From Paragordius varius (taxonomy: Eukaryota > Animalia > Nematomorpha), in the NCBI GenBank assembly GCA_964247055.1, contig OZ176054.1, forward strand, positions 11,284,001-11,348,000: DNA of 64,000 nt. The letters are read 5' to 3'. How positions within the stretch are numbered: the first letter of the stretch is position 1; each line of letters starts with the position of its first letter. The translations under genes were made by a program, and so were the position numbers. Shown in pieces: positions 23,478-35,985 of the stretch. The notes beneath the pieces are model-generated. The model had not been told where the DNA came from. It worked only from the letters and a program-made list of their open reading frames with translations, and did not search any database.

Positions 23478-26400
23478 TGTTAAGTTAGATCCTACTGTCG
23501 TAGACACAAACGCACCTATATAATTGTAAACACCTATAACTCTTTGTGATACACCTAGTTAATGTTAATTGATGCTTCAAGCAAAATAGTTAGCATATAA
23601 TTTCTGTATTATAACATCACACACACATACTTGATTTCTGGTATTTAATAAATGTTTTCTGTGTAATATAACTTTACTTCTTTCATTGGCGCGGTAACAA
23701 ACCTGGCAAAAATTTCTCTGGAAAGCTTTGATGAAAAGGAATTGACCGATCTTGATTTCTGGTATTTAATAAATGTTTTCTGTGTAATATAACTTTACTT
23801 CTTTCATTGGTGCGGTAATAAACCTGGCAAAAATTTCTCTGGAAAGCTTTGATGAAAAGGAAAATTTTGACCGTTTTATACATTCAGCGAATGCTAGCTG
23901 CAAAAAAGATGACAGCTAACGACGACGGCAAGACGTTATTTCTCGCTTACGCAGGAATGTCGGTCACAAAGAAATTCGACCGATTCCTTTTCCCAAATTC
24001 GCTTGATAATACCTCCTGGCCGGACATCATTGAAGCCGGCAGGAATATTTACGAATCGAATAGGATAAACATATTCCAGGCCAGATTCAATTTCGTAAAA
24101 CTTCGTCGGAAAGGAAATGAAACTTTTACGGAATTTCTTTTACGAATCAAAACCGAAGCCGCAAAATGCAAATTCAAGCTTGACATCTATGAGAAAATGC
24201 GCGACGTGTTCATTGCAGGCCTGGGACTGAAAAAATTAGAACTAGATCCGTTTACTAGATTCCCCGATGCTACGTGGGGAAACGAAGCTGTATCCCTCAA
24301 ATAAGTGGTAGACATTGCCCTCAACTATGAAAAAGCACATCAACTAACAACAATAGATGGCCAGATATTGCAGACTAAAGTTCGGAAATACCAAAACAAG
24401 TGTCAATTCTGCGGGTTAGGTCATGCACCCGGCAGATGCCTAGCTTGGGGCAAACAATGTTATAAGTGCCAAGGCTGGAATCACTTCCAACCGTGCTGTA
24501 AGAAGAAAAAGATTATCAACGTTCAGCATGTCGAATCTGGATCCACCCCCAAAATAACAATAATAATAAATGGCAACATGATTATAGACACAGGTTCAAG
24601 CGTATCTATAATTGATTGTCAAGCGTGGGAAAAATTGGGGAGCCCTAGTTGCAAAAAACAGGCCAGATTCGTATAGCTATGGTGGCCAAAGAATCAATTC
24701 CAAGGGTAGTTGTATGGTCACGGCAAAATCTTTGGCGTGTATGGTTGTAAGCGGCAAGAAGGCTTCATCAATTCTTGGTTGGGATTGGCTACAAGAATTC
24801 CCGAATACCATAAAACAGTCGATAAATTGTCGTAAATGTTTTAATATTAATACATTTGAGGAAAATTCTCTTGTTAATAAATTTAATTGATATTTTTGTG
24901 AAAAGTTAGGGTGTTTTTAAAAAACAATACAAAACCAAAAATTTTTAAGTGTCGCCGCATCCCGATACCGCTAAAAGAAAAAGTCGACTCTAAAATTAAG
25001 AGACTTTTAGAAGCGGACATAATCAAACCATTAGACCCTACGACTGAGAAACTAACCTGGGTCACTCCTATTGTTTGTATAACAAAAGCGAATGGTGCTT
25101 TAAGGTTATGTGCAGATTATCGTATTGCCATAAATCCGCATCTAGTAGATGTCATTTATAATATGCAGACATTTGACCAATTAGTAGTTTCCAAAATAGG
25201 ATTAGGAGAATCATTTTCGGTAATCGATTTGAAAGACGCATATCTGCAATTGCCAATAGATCAAGAAAGTCAAAAGTTACTAACAATTACCACACCCCTA
25301 GGGGATTTTACCTATAAAAGGCTTCCCTTTGGCCTAACAAGCGCTCCCTGCATTTTTCAAAGATTAATGGATAAAATTTTAGGTGACTGCTTAGGAACAG
25401 CTGTATATTTAGACGATATTTTAATAAAAGGAAAAAACCGCAACGAACATAAAAGAAGCTTAGAAAAGGTATTTAAGCGTTTAGACGAATCTGGTTTAAA
25501 ATTAAGTAAAAGCAAACTAAATCTTTTCAACCGTCGTAAGCTATTTGGGGTATGTTATTTCAAAAAACGGCATATCAGCCGCCGATAAAGTTAAAGACAT
25601 ACAAGACTTCCCAAGACCCACTGAAACAACACTCAAGTCCTTCTTGGGCTTAATAAATTTTCACACACGATTCCTCCCGAAATTGCATGGAAGTTTGGCT
25701 ATACTTCACGACCTAAGCAGTTATAAAAAACCCTGGATATGGACCAAAAACCACGAGGATTGCTTTAACAGAGCCACAAATTCAATATGTCATACTGTTA
25801 AACTCCGTTCAACCCTGGGTTACCTATAATAATCAAAACAGACGCCTCGAATAAAGGGTACGGAGCTGTATTACTACAGACCACGCAGTAGGATATAAAT
25901 AAACCCATTGCCTACGCATCTAGAAAGTGGTCTAAACCCGAAGAAAATTATTCAGTGATAGAAAAGGAATCACAAGCCATACTTTTCGCTTTTGAAAAAT
26001 TTAGAACGGTTTATTACGGGGAAGAAATTTGAACTGCGTACTGATCACAAACCACTAATAAAGATGTTTGGAAAAAATCGTAAACTAGACCAAATTAATA
26101 ATTCCAATCTACTACGTTGGATATATAAAGCTAGCGAATTTAATTACAATCTACGGTACATTAAAAGCCACGAAAACATTGCAGATCCATTGTCCCGCAT
26201 GCCGACAGAACCACAACAACAAGACACAGAAAGCCTTCAAACAGCAGAAAATGTAAGATTTGTCAATAGTAATCTATTCAATATAAATCGTGACCATATT
26301 AGAAGCCAGACCGAAACCGACCCTGTATTCGAACAGGTAATAAGAGCACTAAGAACAAACAACTCGTCCAATAAAATATTATATCCATTTCACAGTTTTA

Positions 26401-27771
26401 GAAATGAATAGAAAATACATACGGGCTATTATATTGGCATGATAGATTAATAATTCCCGAATCTCAAAAAATAAATACACAATTATTACACTTCGGATCC
26501 AAAGCAATGTACGAACAAGCAAAACAAATAGTCTTTTGGCACAACATGGAAAGCGACATAAAAAAGTGGGTAGATACGTGTAAAAAGTGTCAAGAAAACC
26601 GTCCGATGCGAAAACTGAATCCTACATACAATTGGAACACGAATACAGCATATGGGAGAGATTACATCTAGATATAGCAGCGAACAATTATTATTGGATA
26701 TAACTTATTAACAGTTATTCTCGGTGGGTCGAAGTTAAACTATCGAACATGATATCGACCAAAAATATCTTAAATATCCTAGACGAATGTTTCAGTCGAT
26801 ATGGATTTCCAAGAATGATAGTAACCGACAACGCGTCTTACTTTCCATCTGAGGAGTTAAAAAAATTCATGGAAACGGGAAACATTAAACATGTAACATC
26901 AGTTCCCATCATCCAAAAACGAACGGAATGGTGGAACGAGTAATATATACCCTAAAAACACATTATCGGTCAGCAGAAGACGGTGACCCACAATCAAAAA
27001 TAAATAACAGGCTTTGGGGATACCGCAACTAACATACACAGTGCTACAAATACATGTCCCGCTCTGCTTTTCCTAAAACGTACCCTACCCAATCCAATCA
27101 CATGACTACAATATCAACAAACAGACTTCTTAGACTATGTACAACCGAATCACGAATACCATGAAAACGAAAAAGTATACATAAAAAATGAACTAGCAAA
27201 TGGTTGGCGAGAAGGAAATGTAAATAAACGACTCGGAATACTCTCATATGAAATACAAGATGATAACAAAATCATCCGAAAACCCGCCGATCAGCTGAGA
27301 TCAAGGGAAGGAGGTGAAAGAATAATGGGAAAGACAATTTCGCCCGAAGAAAATACACCATCGCATGACCTATATGTTAGGTACCCTACTGCCACGACCG
27401 AAGCCCCGACATTACCTCCGCCTCAACCCTCGGAACCCATCATTGAGTTCCCATCCCAACAAACACCCACTATAACACCTACCACTGACACTCACACAGA
27501 ACGGCAATACCCTACACGTATCCGACACCCACCACATAGATATCAGGGACAGAGAAAGAGTGATGTTAGGTTAGATCCTACTGTCGTAGATACAAACGCA
27601 CCTATATAATCGTAATCACTTATAACTCTTTGTGATACACCTAGTTAATGTTAATTGATGCTTCAAGCAAAATAGTTATTATATAATTGCTGTATTATAA
27701 TATCATACACACATGTTTGATTTCTGGTATTTAATAAATGTTTTCTGTATAATACAACTTTACTTCTTTCA
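23478..27771 (+). mobile_element. Ty3/Gypsy LTR retrotransposon B, degenerate
   Basis: LTRs 23478-23685 and 27564-27771 (TG...CA), 5-bp TSD GTATC, PBS-like TGGCGCGG, purine tract AGGGACAGAGAAAGAG before the 3' LTR. Confidence 0.96.
23849..27310 (+). pseudogene. gag-pol of Gypsy B, fragmented
   Basis: Gag with CQFCGLGH / CYKCQGWNHF knuckles, protease IDTGSSVSII, RT (LRLCADYR, IDLKDAYLQ, YKRLPFGL, YLDD), RNase H ([19 protein letters not shown]), integrase (ERLHLD, FPRMIVTDNA). Confidence 0.95.
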
Positions 27772-27879
27772 GTATCCAAAAAAATATGAGTTATGCCGAA
27801 CCTGATGGCATAAATAAATTTATATTTATGGTGATAATAATTTACGTTTATATTCGAGTATTTGGTTAATTAATGTTTT

Positions 27880-27962
27880 TTAAATATTAATTTCTAAAAA
27901 TTTTATAAACAACAGCAGATAGTTAATGATTGCTAATAATTGTTTGATTTTAATGTTATTGT
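27880..27962 (-). CDS. Gene 2 terminal hydrophobic exon, probably truncated by a premature TAA
   Basis: Acceptor GACTTAG, NNIKIKQLLAIINYLLLFIKFLEINI*; the frame continues KTLINQILEYKRKLLSP* to 27826, matching the uninterrupted paralogue at 22479-22618. Confidence 0.65.
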
Positions 27963-28068
27963 CTAAGTCAGAGTATTATATATAAATTTATGACAATATT
28001 GAAAAAATATATATAGAAATTAATTTTATAAAATTAAAAAATAAGACGTATTATAGCTTAAAACATAC

Positions 28069-28266
28069 TTTTTACCCTTCCACCTTGAACATATGCATAT
28101 TTGCTTTTGTCAAGTATTGCAATATTACGCAAATTAAATTTGCAATGTTTTTTTGTAAGATTTTCATGGTGAATGAACGAGTATAGACAATAGATCTTGT
28201 AGTTTTCTTGTTCAATTTCATGAAAACAAGCTTTTGACCAAATTAATGATTCTGTTTTTTCTGCCA
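28069..28266 (-). CDS. Gene 2 exon B: 66-codon module with three Cys
   Basis: Acceptor TTTTTAG, AEKTESLIWSKACFHEIEQENYKIYCLYSFIHHENLTKKHCKF...YVQGGRVK, donor A|GTATGT. Confidence 0.85.
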
Positions 28267-28359
28267 CTAAAAAGATCCAAAAATAAGGTTTAATATTATT
28301 CAATGTTAAATGGATTGTTTTACAGCAAAAAATAAAAGTTTTATATTTAATAAGCATTA

Positions 28360-29411
28360 CACTGGACACCAAATTCTTCTGCCACTCGAGTTTTGCATTT
28401 TCTGGTATTTAGTATCATTTTAACAGTAAAATAAAAGTTATAACTCCACGTAAGAATTTTGTATAATTTGAGTTTTTGATTATACGCCCTCTTTATCAAA
28501 ATTCTACTAAAAAATGTTTTTCTTTGAAAATATACAAGTAATGTCCATTTGTTATCATTCGAAAGAGTAATAAAAACTCTATAAAATGCATACTAATATG
28601 TTTTACACCGACAGTTAATATTAGACATAGAGAGCGACAAACGCGCGAAGCGAGAGCATTTTTAATTAATATATTTTAAAACTAATGGATGAAAATAGCT
28701 TAAACTTTGTCTAGATGGTGGTGAATGTCCAAAAAAGAAAACAAAAAAAGTTTTTTTGATTAAAACATTTTTTAATTGTTTTATGTCACATTTTTAAGTT
28801 TTTTGTTTTTTAAAAATTACCATCTCATCAATATTAGTTTATTTTCTTTGCGAGGCTGATAATTTGGAAATTTTAAAGATAAAAACAAAGTTTAAGGTAT
28901 TTTTGATCTTATATTCATTAAGTAATAAATTTACAGTTGTAACTATGCATTTTAGTATCCACTAGGTAAAAAATTTATGATAATATAATTTTTATTAATA
29001 AAGCACACCAAAAGCTTTTTCATCATTTTTTTAAAATCTAATATATATATTATAATAATTTATATGATTTTCAAATTAGTTTGTTTGTGAAAATTTTTAA
29101 GGGTTGAAAATTTCGATCATATAAACCCAAATAACTTATAGATTGTTATAAATGACTTAATATCATTTGTATGATACAGTTTTTCACACTCTTTCGAATA
29201 ATATAAAATACATGGCTTCATATCTAAAACTTTTAATTTTCAAAATTTCGAGTTTAATGTTAAATTAAGGCCAAAAATTACAGATAAACTCTAATATAAA
29301 AGATTCTTAGGTGTTAGACCAATTTTTTTTTCAGATATGCTAATTATGTACTTTAATGAAATAAATTTACAAGAATGGCAGTTAAAAAGAATCAAAATTT
29401 GTTGTCTAGTG
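28360..29411. mobile_element. Non-autonomous CMC/Chapaev3-like DNA transposon in the gene 2 A-B intron
   Basis: TIR CACTGGACACCAAATT / AATTTGTTGTCTAGTG, 3-bp TTA duplication; the empty site GCATTATTTATCTGGC is present in the paralogous introns (about 13281 and 61226). Confidence 0.8.
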
Positions 29412-29848
29412 TTATTTATCTGGCTTAATAACGCATTATCAATCGTAGTATGGGGGAAAAACAAAAAAATGTAAAAAAATTACATAAAATAAAGTAAGAT
29501 AGGAAAAAATTGTTTAATCAACATTTAGCTGTTTTCTGCATACACTAAGTGTGTTCAATGTACCAAATCTGAATGAGACAGCATTAAAATGCATACTGTA
29601 ATAATTAAAAAAAGTATAAGGGTCTCATTGAAACGATAAATCTACCAATCAGTCATACATTTTAATATTTGTATTCGGTTCTTTTAAGATTTGTAAACCG
29701 AATCAAAATTAAATTCCCTAATTAAAAAATTTGATTATCTCCAAAATTAAACATAAACCTTACAAATTTCTAAAGAAAAACACAAAAAAATAATTTTATG
29801 GTTTAAATATAATTATATATATATGTATATATATATATAATATCTTAC

Positions 29849-30157
29849 CAATATTAATAAATCCATCAAAAACCACAGTAGTGTTATCTTTAGAGGTACA
29901 CATGACACTTTTATTATTATGAGCAAATTTGGCCACAGATGACTTCTCCCAGATATATCCATTTCTATCGCGGTATAAATAAGGCTGATTGTCATAGAGA
30001 TATATGCTAAGGGATAGGGCTTGATTCTCGTTAGTCGTTACTTGCACATAACAGTCCGTAATATTAACGGTTATGTTATACAGTTTTTTGAAGGCTTTTA
30101 GCGATTCCGTTATCTTTGCACCGTTAGCCATATATAATTGGGCGCTATAAGTGTGTT
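29849..30157 (-). CDS. Gene 2 exon A: 103-codon Ig-like module
   Basis: 309 nt, phase 1-1 (GATTAG| ... G|GTAAGA), contains DCYVQV...YIWEK...HNNKSVMC; same length as the two paralogues. Confidence 0.88.
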
Positions 30158-31789
30158 CTAATCAAATGAAGTTATATTACACACATACGTCTATACTATA
30201 TTGTTTACACCTAGAATTGGTTTTTTAATACTTCAAGGTGGCCCTTGAAAAAAATATTGTTGGACGGCAAGATGAAAAACTGAGATATGACATTTAATAA
30301 ATTATTGTTACATAAACAAACGTGTTAGGCATTTTTAAGTTTACGACCAACTTTAATACCTATGATGTTGTGTCAATCGGGGTAAATACAATTTTACATA
30401 AGAGTTTGCACAAAACCTGATCAATATGTTCTGATAGATAATTGGGTGCCTTTGGTCATGCTGTAAAGAGTAAAAAATTTTAAAACTTACTCTATATAAA
30501 ACCGCAATAGCACACGCTATGATTATTTAAAAAATAACATTTAAATTATACATAAACAATATTAAAAATCAAGAGTATGTTTTAACATGATTGGAGCTAG
30601 TAAAGTTTTAAATTTTAAAGCTCTCTACTATGGGCTAGTGTTCAAATAATCGCAACGAGATTGCACGATAATATTTTCTAAGATAATCCAAATAATGTCA
30701 TCAAAAATTTTTATTTTAAAAACTCATAATACATTAAAAAATTAATTTTAAGCAAACTTAAAGCGTATTTTATGGTTGAAAAATACGATAACATAAAGTT
30801 TAAGATTTTTAAATTAAAACACTTTTTTTATATCGATTATGCTCAATACATAACCTCAAATATTTTATTAAAAGATGTATGACTTTGAATCTAATCTAAA
30901 TAGATTCGGAAGTAATATTAATTAAATTGACTTAAATGACGACATTTAAAAAATCCAAGTTTGTTCATCATCAAATTATGCAGAAAAGTTGTAGTGATTA
31001 TCTTTAAATTTTATGCCGTTCTACCATACTACTTCAACATGCATACCATCGATTATACTTTAACAAAACTTTGTTAATTAAACTTAGTATCCATGCATTT
31101 TTTGACTTTTTTACGTCATCCTTTATTTAAAATATAGTATTGCGCATTCTGGAACTTTTTGTGTTTATTTTTTATAAAGGATCACAAAAAATAGTTTTAA
31201 GAGCTATCTTGTATTAAAAATTGAGATAAATATAACATTGATTTATGTAGTAAGCTAGCACTTCCCAATTATATAGCATGATGTGCTAAATAATTTTCTC
31301 ATTTTTCGATATCTAGTAATAAGTATAGCACTTTGAGATACTTTATACATATATTTATGAGATGATATATAATTTATCAGGATATAAGTAATGAGAATGT
31401 ATTATTAAAATTCAATTTAAATTATAAAATGTACAAAATATTCCCATGAATTTTAAGGAAAACTACTTTTTTAAGATATTTCTTTGGCCCCGAAACTTGA
31501 GTTAAAAGGGCTTTGCATCTTATTTAACATACCCAAAATATTATACAATAATACAAAAATCAGTTATGCTTACTTGGTTGGAAAGGTAGTGTTTTGCTTC
31601 TCAAAATATCAATCTTCTTTTCTAAAATAATATATAATGATTAACAATATGCATTTTAATCTAACATAATCTTATAATTTTCGGGCTAAAACTTTATAAG
31701 CATTTAAAATATAACCAATTACCAAATTCTTTCATAGTTATAACCAATAATGTTATTTTAATTTGTTTAATTTATTTTATATTTTAAAC

Positions 31790-33130
31790 ACGGTTGTTAG
31801 ATTTGGATACAACACATTCATTTCAGTACTTCGAGTCAAATTGGGGTAGTTGCAGGCCTGGTTAAAAATATTTAATTCAAAAATATGGAATGAATTGTAA
31901 CCATGGAAAAAATTTGCACCCATATAACGTTAATGAACCCAAATATATAAAAAAGTTCCATCAAAAATACTGATATTACTTATTTTAATGTAAAACCGCA
32001 AGGTAAATTAGTCATGGGTGTGCATTACCTAAATTTAAATATAATAAAAGAAACCACTTATTATAATTCTATCATTGTTTGTGTTATAAATGATAATTAG
32101 CTATATTCATGGTGTAAAAATAAATAAAGACGATATTTGAAAATATGTTGCAAAATAAAAATGGCGTCGAACTAATTTAATATGAAACTTTTTCCAAAAA
32201 TAATTTATTTGAATATTTCGGCTTGTTTATATAAATTTATTAAGATAGAAGCATAAAATTAAATTAACACCGGTTCTTTCATTAATTTTTTAAAATATTA
32301 ACTTAAATATAGTCTGGGATATTTAGATACCTTAATTTTAATCTAAGTGTTAATAATAATAGGGGGTTCATCAATCATGCATGCAGTCAGTATCCCTACA
32401 AATGGTTACAACAAAATGGAGTAATTTGTTTAATTTAGATTTAAACTTCTTCCCTATTAATATGTTATTGTTCCATCTAACATTATAAACTGTCGTTTTG
32501 TATGTTTAGCTTAAACCGCGAACTGTATCAAAATTTTATTTAAATGATTAAAATAAGGGTATTATGACATTATAACTATACAAATTCTTAAACACTTGGA
32601 TACAACACATTCATTTTAATCCTTCGCAAATTGAGGTAGTTAAATACCCCAGGCCTTAAAATTAAATTCTTCAAAAAATATGGAAGGAATCGAAACCATG
32701 GCAAAATCTTGCACTTATATAACATTAATAACAGAAATATATAAAAAATTTATTCAAAAATATTTGATATTACTTATTTAAAGTTAAAACCGAAAGGTAA
32801 AAATTTAGTCAACGTGGCATGCGTACACTGGTAAAATTGAAAAATAATAAAATATACATCTTTTTCTATTTCCATAATGTTAGATGTAGTTTAAATAAAA
32901 AATTAGCTTTTACCCTTAAAATTAAATGAAGACGATATTTTGCAAAAATTTTGTATAATAAAAATGGCGTCGAAGAATTTTGACAAGGAACTTTTTTTTC
33001 AAAATTATTCAAATATTTTGGCATATTTATATAATTTTTATTAGGATAGAAGCACAAATTTAAATTGGGCCCGTTTCCATATTTTTTTAAAAATCCTAAC
33101 TCAAATTTAATCTGGGATATTTAGATACAC
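31790..33130. repeat. Diverged direct repeat, two units about 790 bp apart
   Basis: TTGGATACAACACATTCATTT, AAAATGGCGTCGAA and CTGGGATATTTAGATAC each occur twice in the same order (about 31800-32330 and 32595-33130). Confidence 0.8.
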
Positions 33131-35159
33131 CAATTTGAATCGAAGTTTTAAATTCTTAAAATGTTGTGGGATTCATCTAATGACCACAGAGTCCATCTAT
33201 GACTTTTTTATCCACTATTTTCCGGATCTATCGCTTTTTCGCTCACCTTCAACGGTATTCAATATGATTTTTAAAATCATAAGCCTACAAATATTGTTGG
33301 AATTGTTTTATTTAAGAATGTACCACGCTGATGCACAATATTTAGCTGGTCACAAGGAAAAGTTTTAGAGATTTTCAAAACTTGGAATATGATTTTGTGA
33401 CGCCTCGTTAATTTATACAGAGGCATATGAGCTGAAACATAGAATTCTATGTAAAAAATTGGAATAAAGAATTATAAAATTAATGTAAGCGTTTTATGGC
33501 AGTTTCCAGGCATCACAAACGGCGCAACGCTCGAGCTGAAAAAATTTAATTAGTAGAAAGAAATATCAATAAAATAATTACAATTTGATTAATTAACAGT
33601 CTGATAATTTTGTATATATACTCTATGTACACCCTGATAGATAAAAGTATCCGAACTCTCATAATGCTTTTGGGTTTGCTCTTTGCAAAAAATATAGGAG
33701 AGTTTATAGTACTTTTCTGGTAACTCTATAACAAATTGGCGAATTCAGCGGATATTTTTCTAAATAAAAAATTTTTGGTGAAAGCTAAATTCTTCATCCC
33801 AAAAAATATCAAGAAAATATATCATGAATAATGTAAAAAGTAAATCAATTATAAAATTTATGATATCTGTGGGTTCAGAAAGTTTGAATTTTCAACACAT
33901 CCAAAATGGGCATATTTTCTTAAACTAAACGCAATAATGCCAATATTGCGCAAAAAGTTAGATATGTGCTAATGACATAAAAAAATTTTTTTCGAAAAAT
34001 TGGGTATTTTGCTTAAAAATTATATTTATAGCTAGCATTGGTGAAGCAAAACCTATTTTGAAGCATAGTGGAAACGGAGTAAAAACACTTTAAGATATTA
34101 TGCTAACATTCATAACATTATGTTAAAATTTCTATCATCGCAGATTTTTGATTAAAAGTGATGCACTAAATTTTTGCGCTATGTCGGCATTTTTGTGTTT
34201 AGTTGAGGAACTGCCAAATTAGACGGGTCCAAAAATTTGAGATTTTTGGAAAACACATCTAAAAATTTATAATTTAAAATGTGTGTTTTACTTTTAAGTT
34301 AGTTGATATACATAAAATTTCTTAAGCAAAATATGCGCAAAATTCGCTACTCTCTGATATAAAGTTACCACAAAAGTAGTATTAATCTTTTTTTTAAGGC
34401 CCGAAACCAAAAGCAGCGTGAGAATCCAGAGATATTGATCTATTATTAGAAAGTCTATATATTTCATCAGGATATATTTTATGCCCCCGGATTTTGTGGG
34501 CAGTGTATATAGGAGGATGATAACTACATAAAGTAGAGTAGTTTGATATGTTGGAAGTTGATATTATGGGAAAAGAATGATCGATAATATAGTTGAATAA
34601 ATTGCGACAATATTTGAATATAGAATATTCATAAAATAAAATATGGGGACATGTCCAATTGTGTTGTGATGGTATGTTTTATGAATATAATATATATAAT
34701 AACAATTGGAGTAAATTGGTAATCTTCATATGCTTCAACATCAACAATTTACCTACAAACTTTTATAAGTAAAGATCCCGTATTAAAAAATAATGTTGTA
34801 ATCAATCAGCATATGTTATAATTAATCTAACAAATATGAAGCTAAATTAATAAAATTTTTACAAACATTTCGTATTTAAATATAATCTAAAATGGTCTAA
34901 ATGATTTACACACACGTCTTAAGCTTCTACAATCACCAAGCGCAAATTTGCGTTTTTTCGCTAAAAATAATTATTTACTCATTGCAATTAAAAGAGACAC
35001 ATGCATCCAAAGTACCAGAACGTTAACCTAATCGGTACGTAACATATATCGTTTTGGGGAAAAAATGACAAGCAAAACCAGTTTATGACTTTAAGCAAAT
35101 AATTGAACCAGGTAGATAAAAATAATACATGTATATTGATATTGAAACGTATAATGTTT

Positions 35160-35206
<47 letters not shown>

Positions 35207-35211
35207 ATTAC

Positions 35212-35317
35212 CTTTGATATTGCCATGTTCAGCAATAAAAACTTCTAAATTAGAGGTAAAATTTAGTGTTCTGGAAGTATCTTTGCGTAAAGCATCATAT
35301 GCAAAAATTATATTATC
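35212..35317 (-). CDS. Gene 2 exon Z: after a 25-nt intron
   Basis: DNIIFAYDALRKDTSRTLNFTSNLEVFIAEHGNIK, phase-1 donor G|GTAATT; paralogue of 17057-17156. Confidence 0.8.
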
Positions 35318-35342
35318 CTAAAGTAAAATATTGCAAATTAAC

Positions 35343-35539
35343 TCTGGATTCATATTTTATATCGAATTTGGACATACGAATGTTACAATAAATTTGATAG
35401 GTTTGATTGAAATGTTCCTTTTTGAGAATAGGGTTCTCATCATAAACAACGCTAGAGTTTCCAATTTGTAAAAAACATTTCAATTTTTCCCATGTTATTG
35501 GAAAAATTTCCCCCTCTTTCGCATATACATCATGTTTTT
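35343..35539 (-). CDS. Gene 2 exon Y: first part of second module
   Basis: Acceptor GATAG, KHDVYAKEGEIFPITWEKLKCFLQIG...YQIYCNIRMSKFDIKYESR, donor AGA|GTTAAT; paralogue of 17182-17372. Confidence 0.85.
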
Positions 35540-35724
35540 CTATCATAAATTAAATTGAATTAGTAAAGCCGAAAGCTTATTTAATCGATAAATCTCGATA
35601 AATTAATAGCTATATTCAATATTTTAAAAAATCTCGATTTTATTTAAACCTTAGGCCACCAGTTTCTTTTAATTTCAAATAATTGTGAAAATTTTAACAT
35701 TCGATTGTAAATATCAGCAGTTAC

Positions 35725-35985
35725 TTAATTTAATAATGCTTGCAACAATTTGGGTTTTCTCATTGTAACATATAACTGGTCTATCCATATGTCTATATTC
35801 GGCAATTTCACTTTGTTCATAGATAGAGAAGTTTTGTTTATAACATTCGTGACATCGAAATTTATTTAAGAAGTTTTTAAACAATCGATTTGAAGTCTGA
35901 TTTCTAAGATCGTCTAGGACTTTGATATAGCATTTATGCTCCGAAAGCCTATCTCCCTTCTTTACATATAAGAGTGAATAAGTAT
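35725..35985 (-). CDS. Gene 2 exon X: Cys-containing Ig-like module (absent from ORF track)
   Basis: Acceptor TTTTAG, 261 nt open, phase 1-1: TYSLLYVKKGDRLSEHKCYIKVLDDLRNQTSNRLFKNFLNKFRCHECYKQNFSIYEQSEIAEYRHMDRPVICYNEKTQIVASIIKL; clear paralogue of 20260-20523. Confidence 0.85.
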
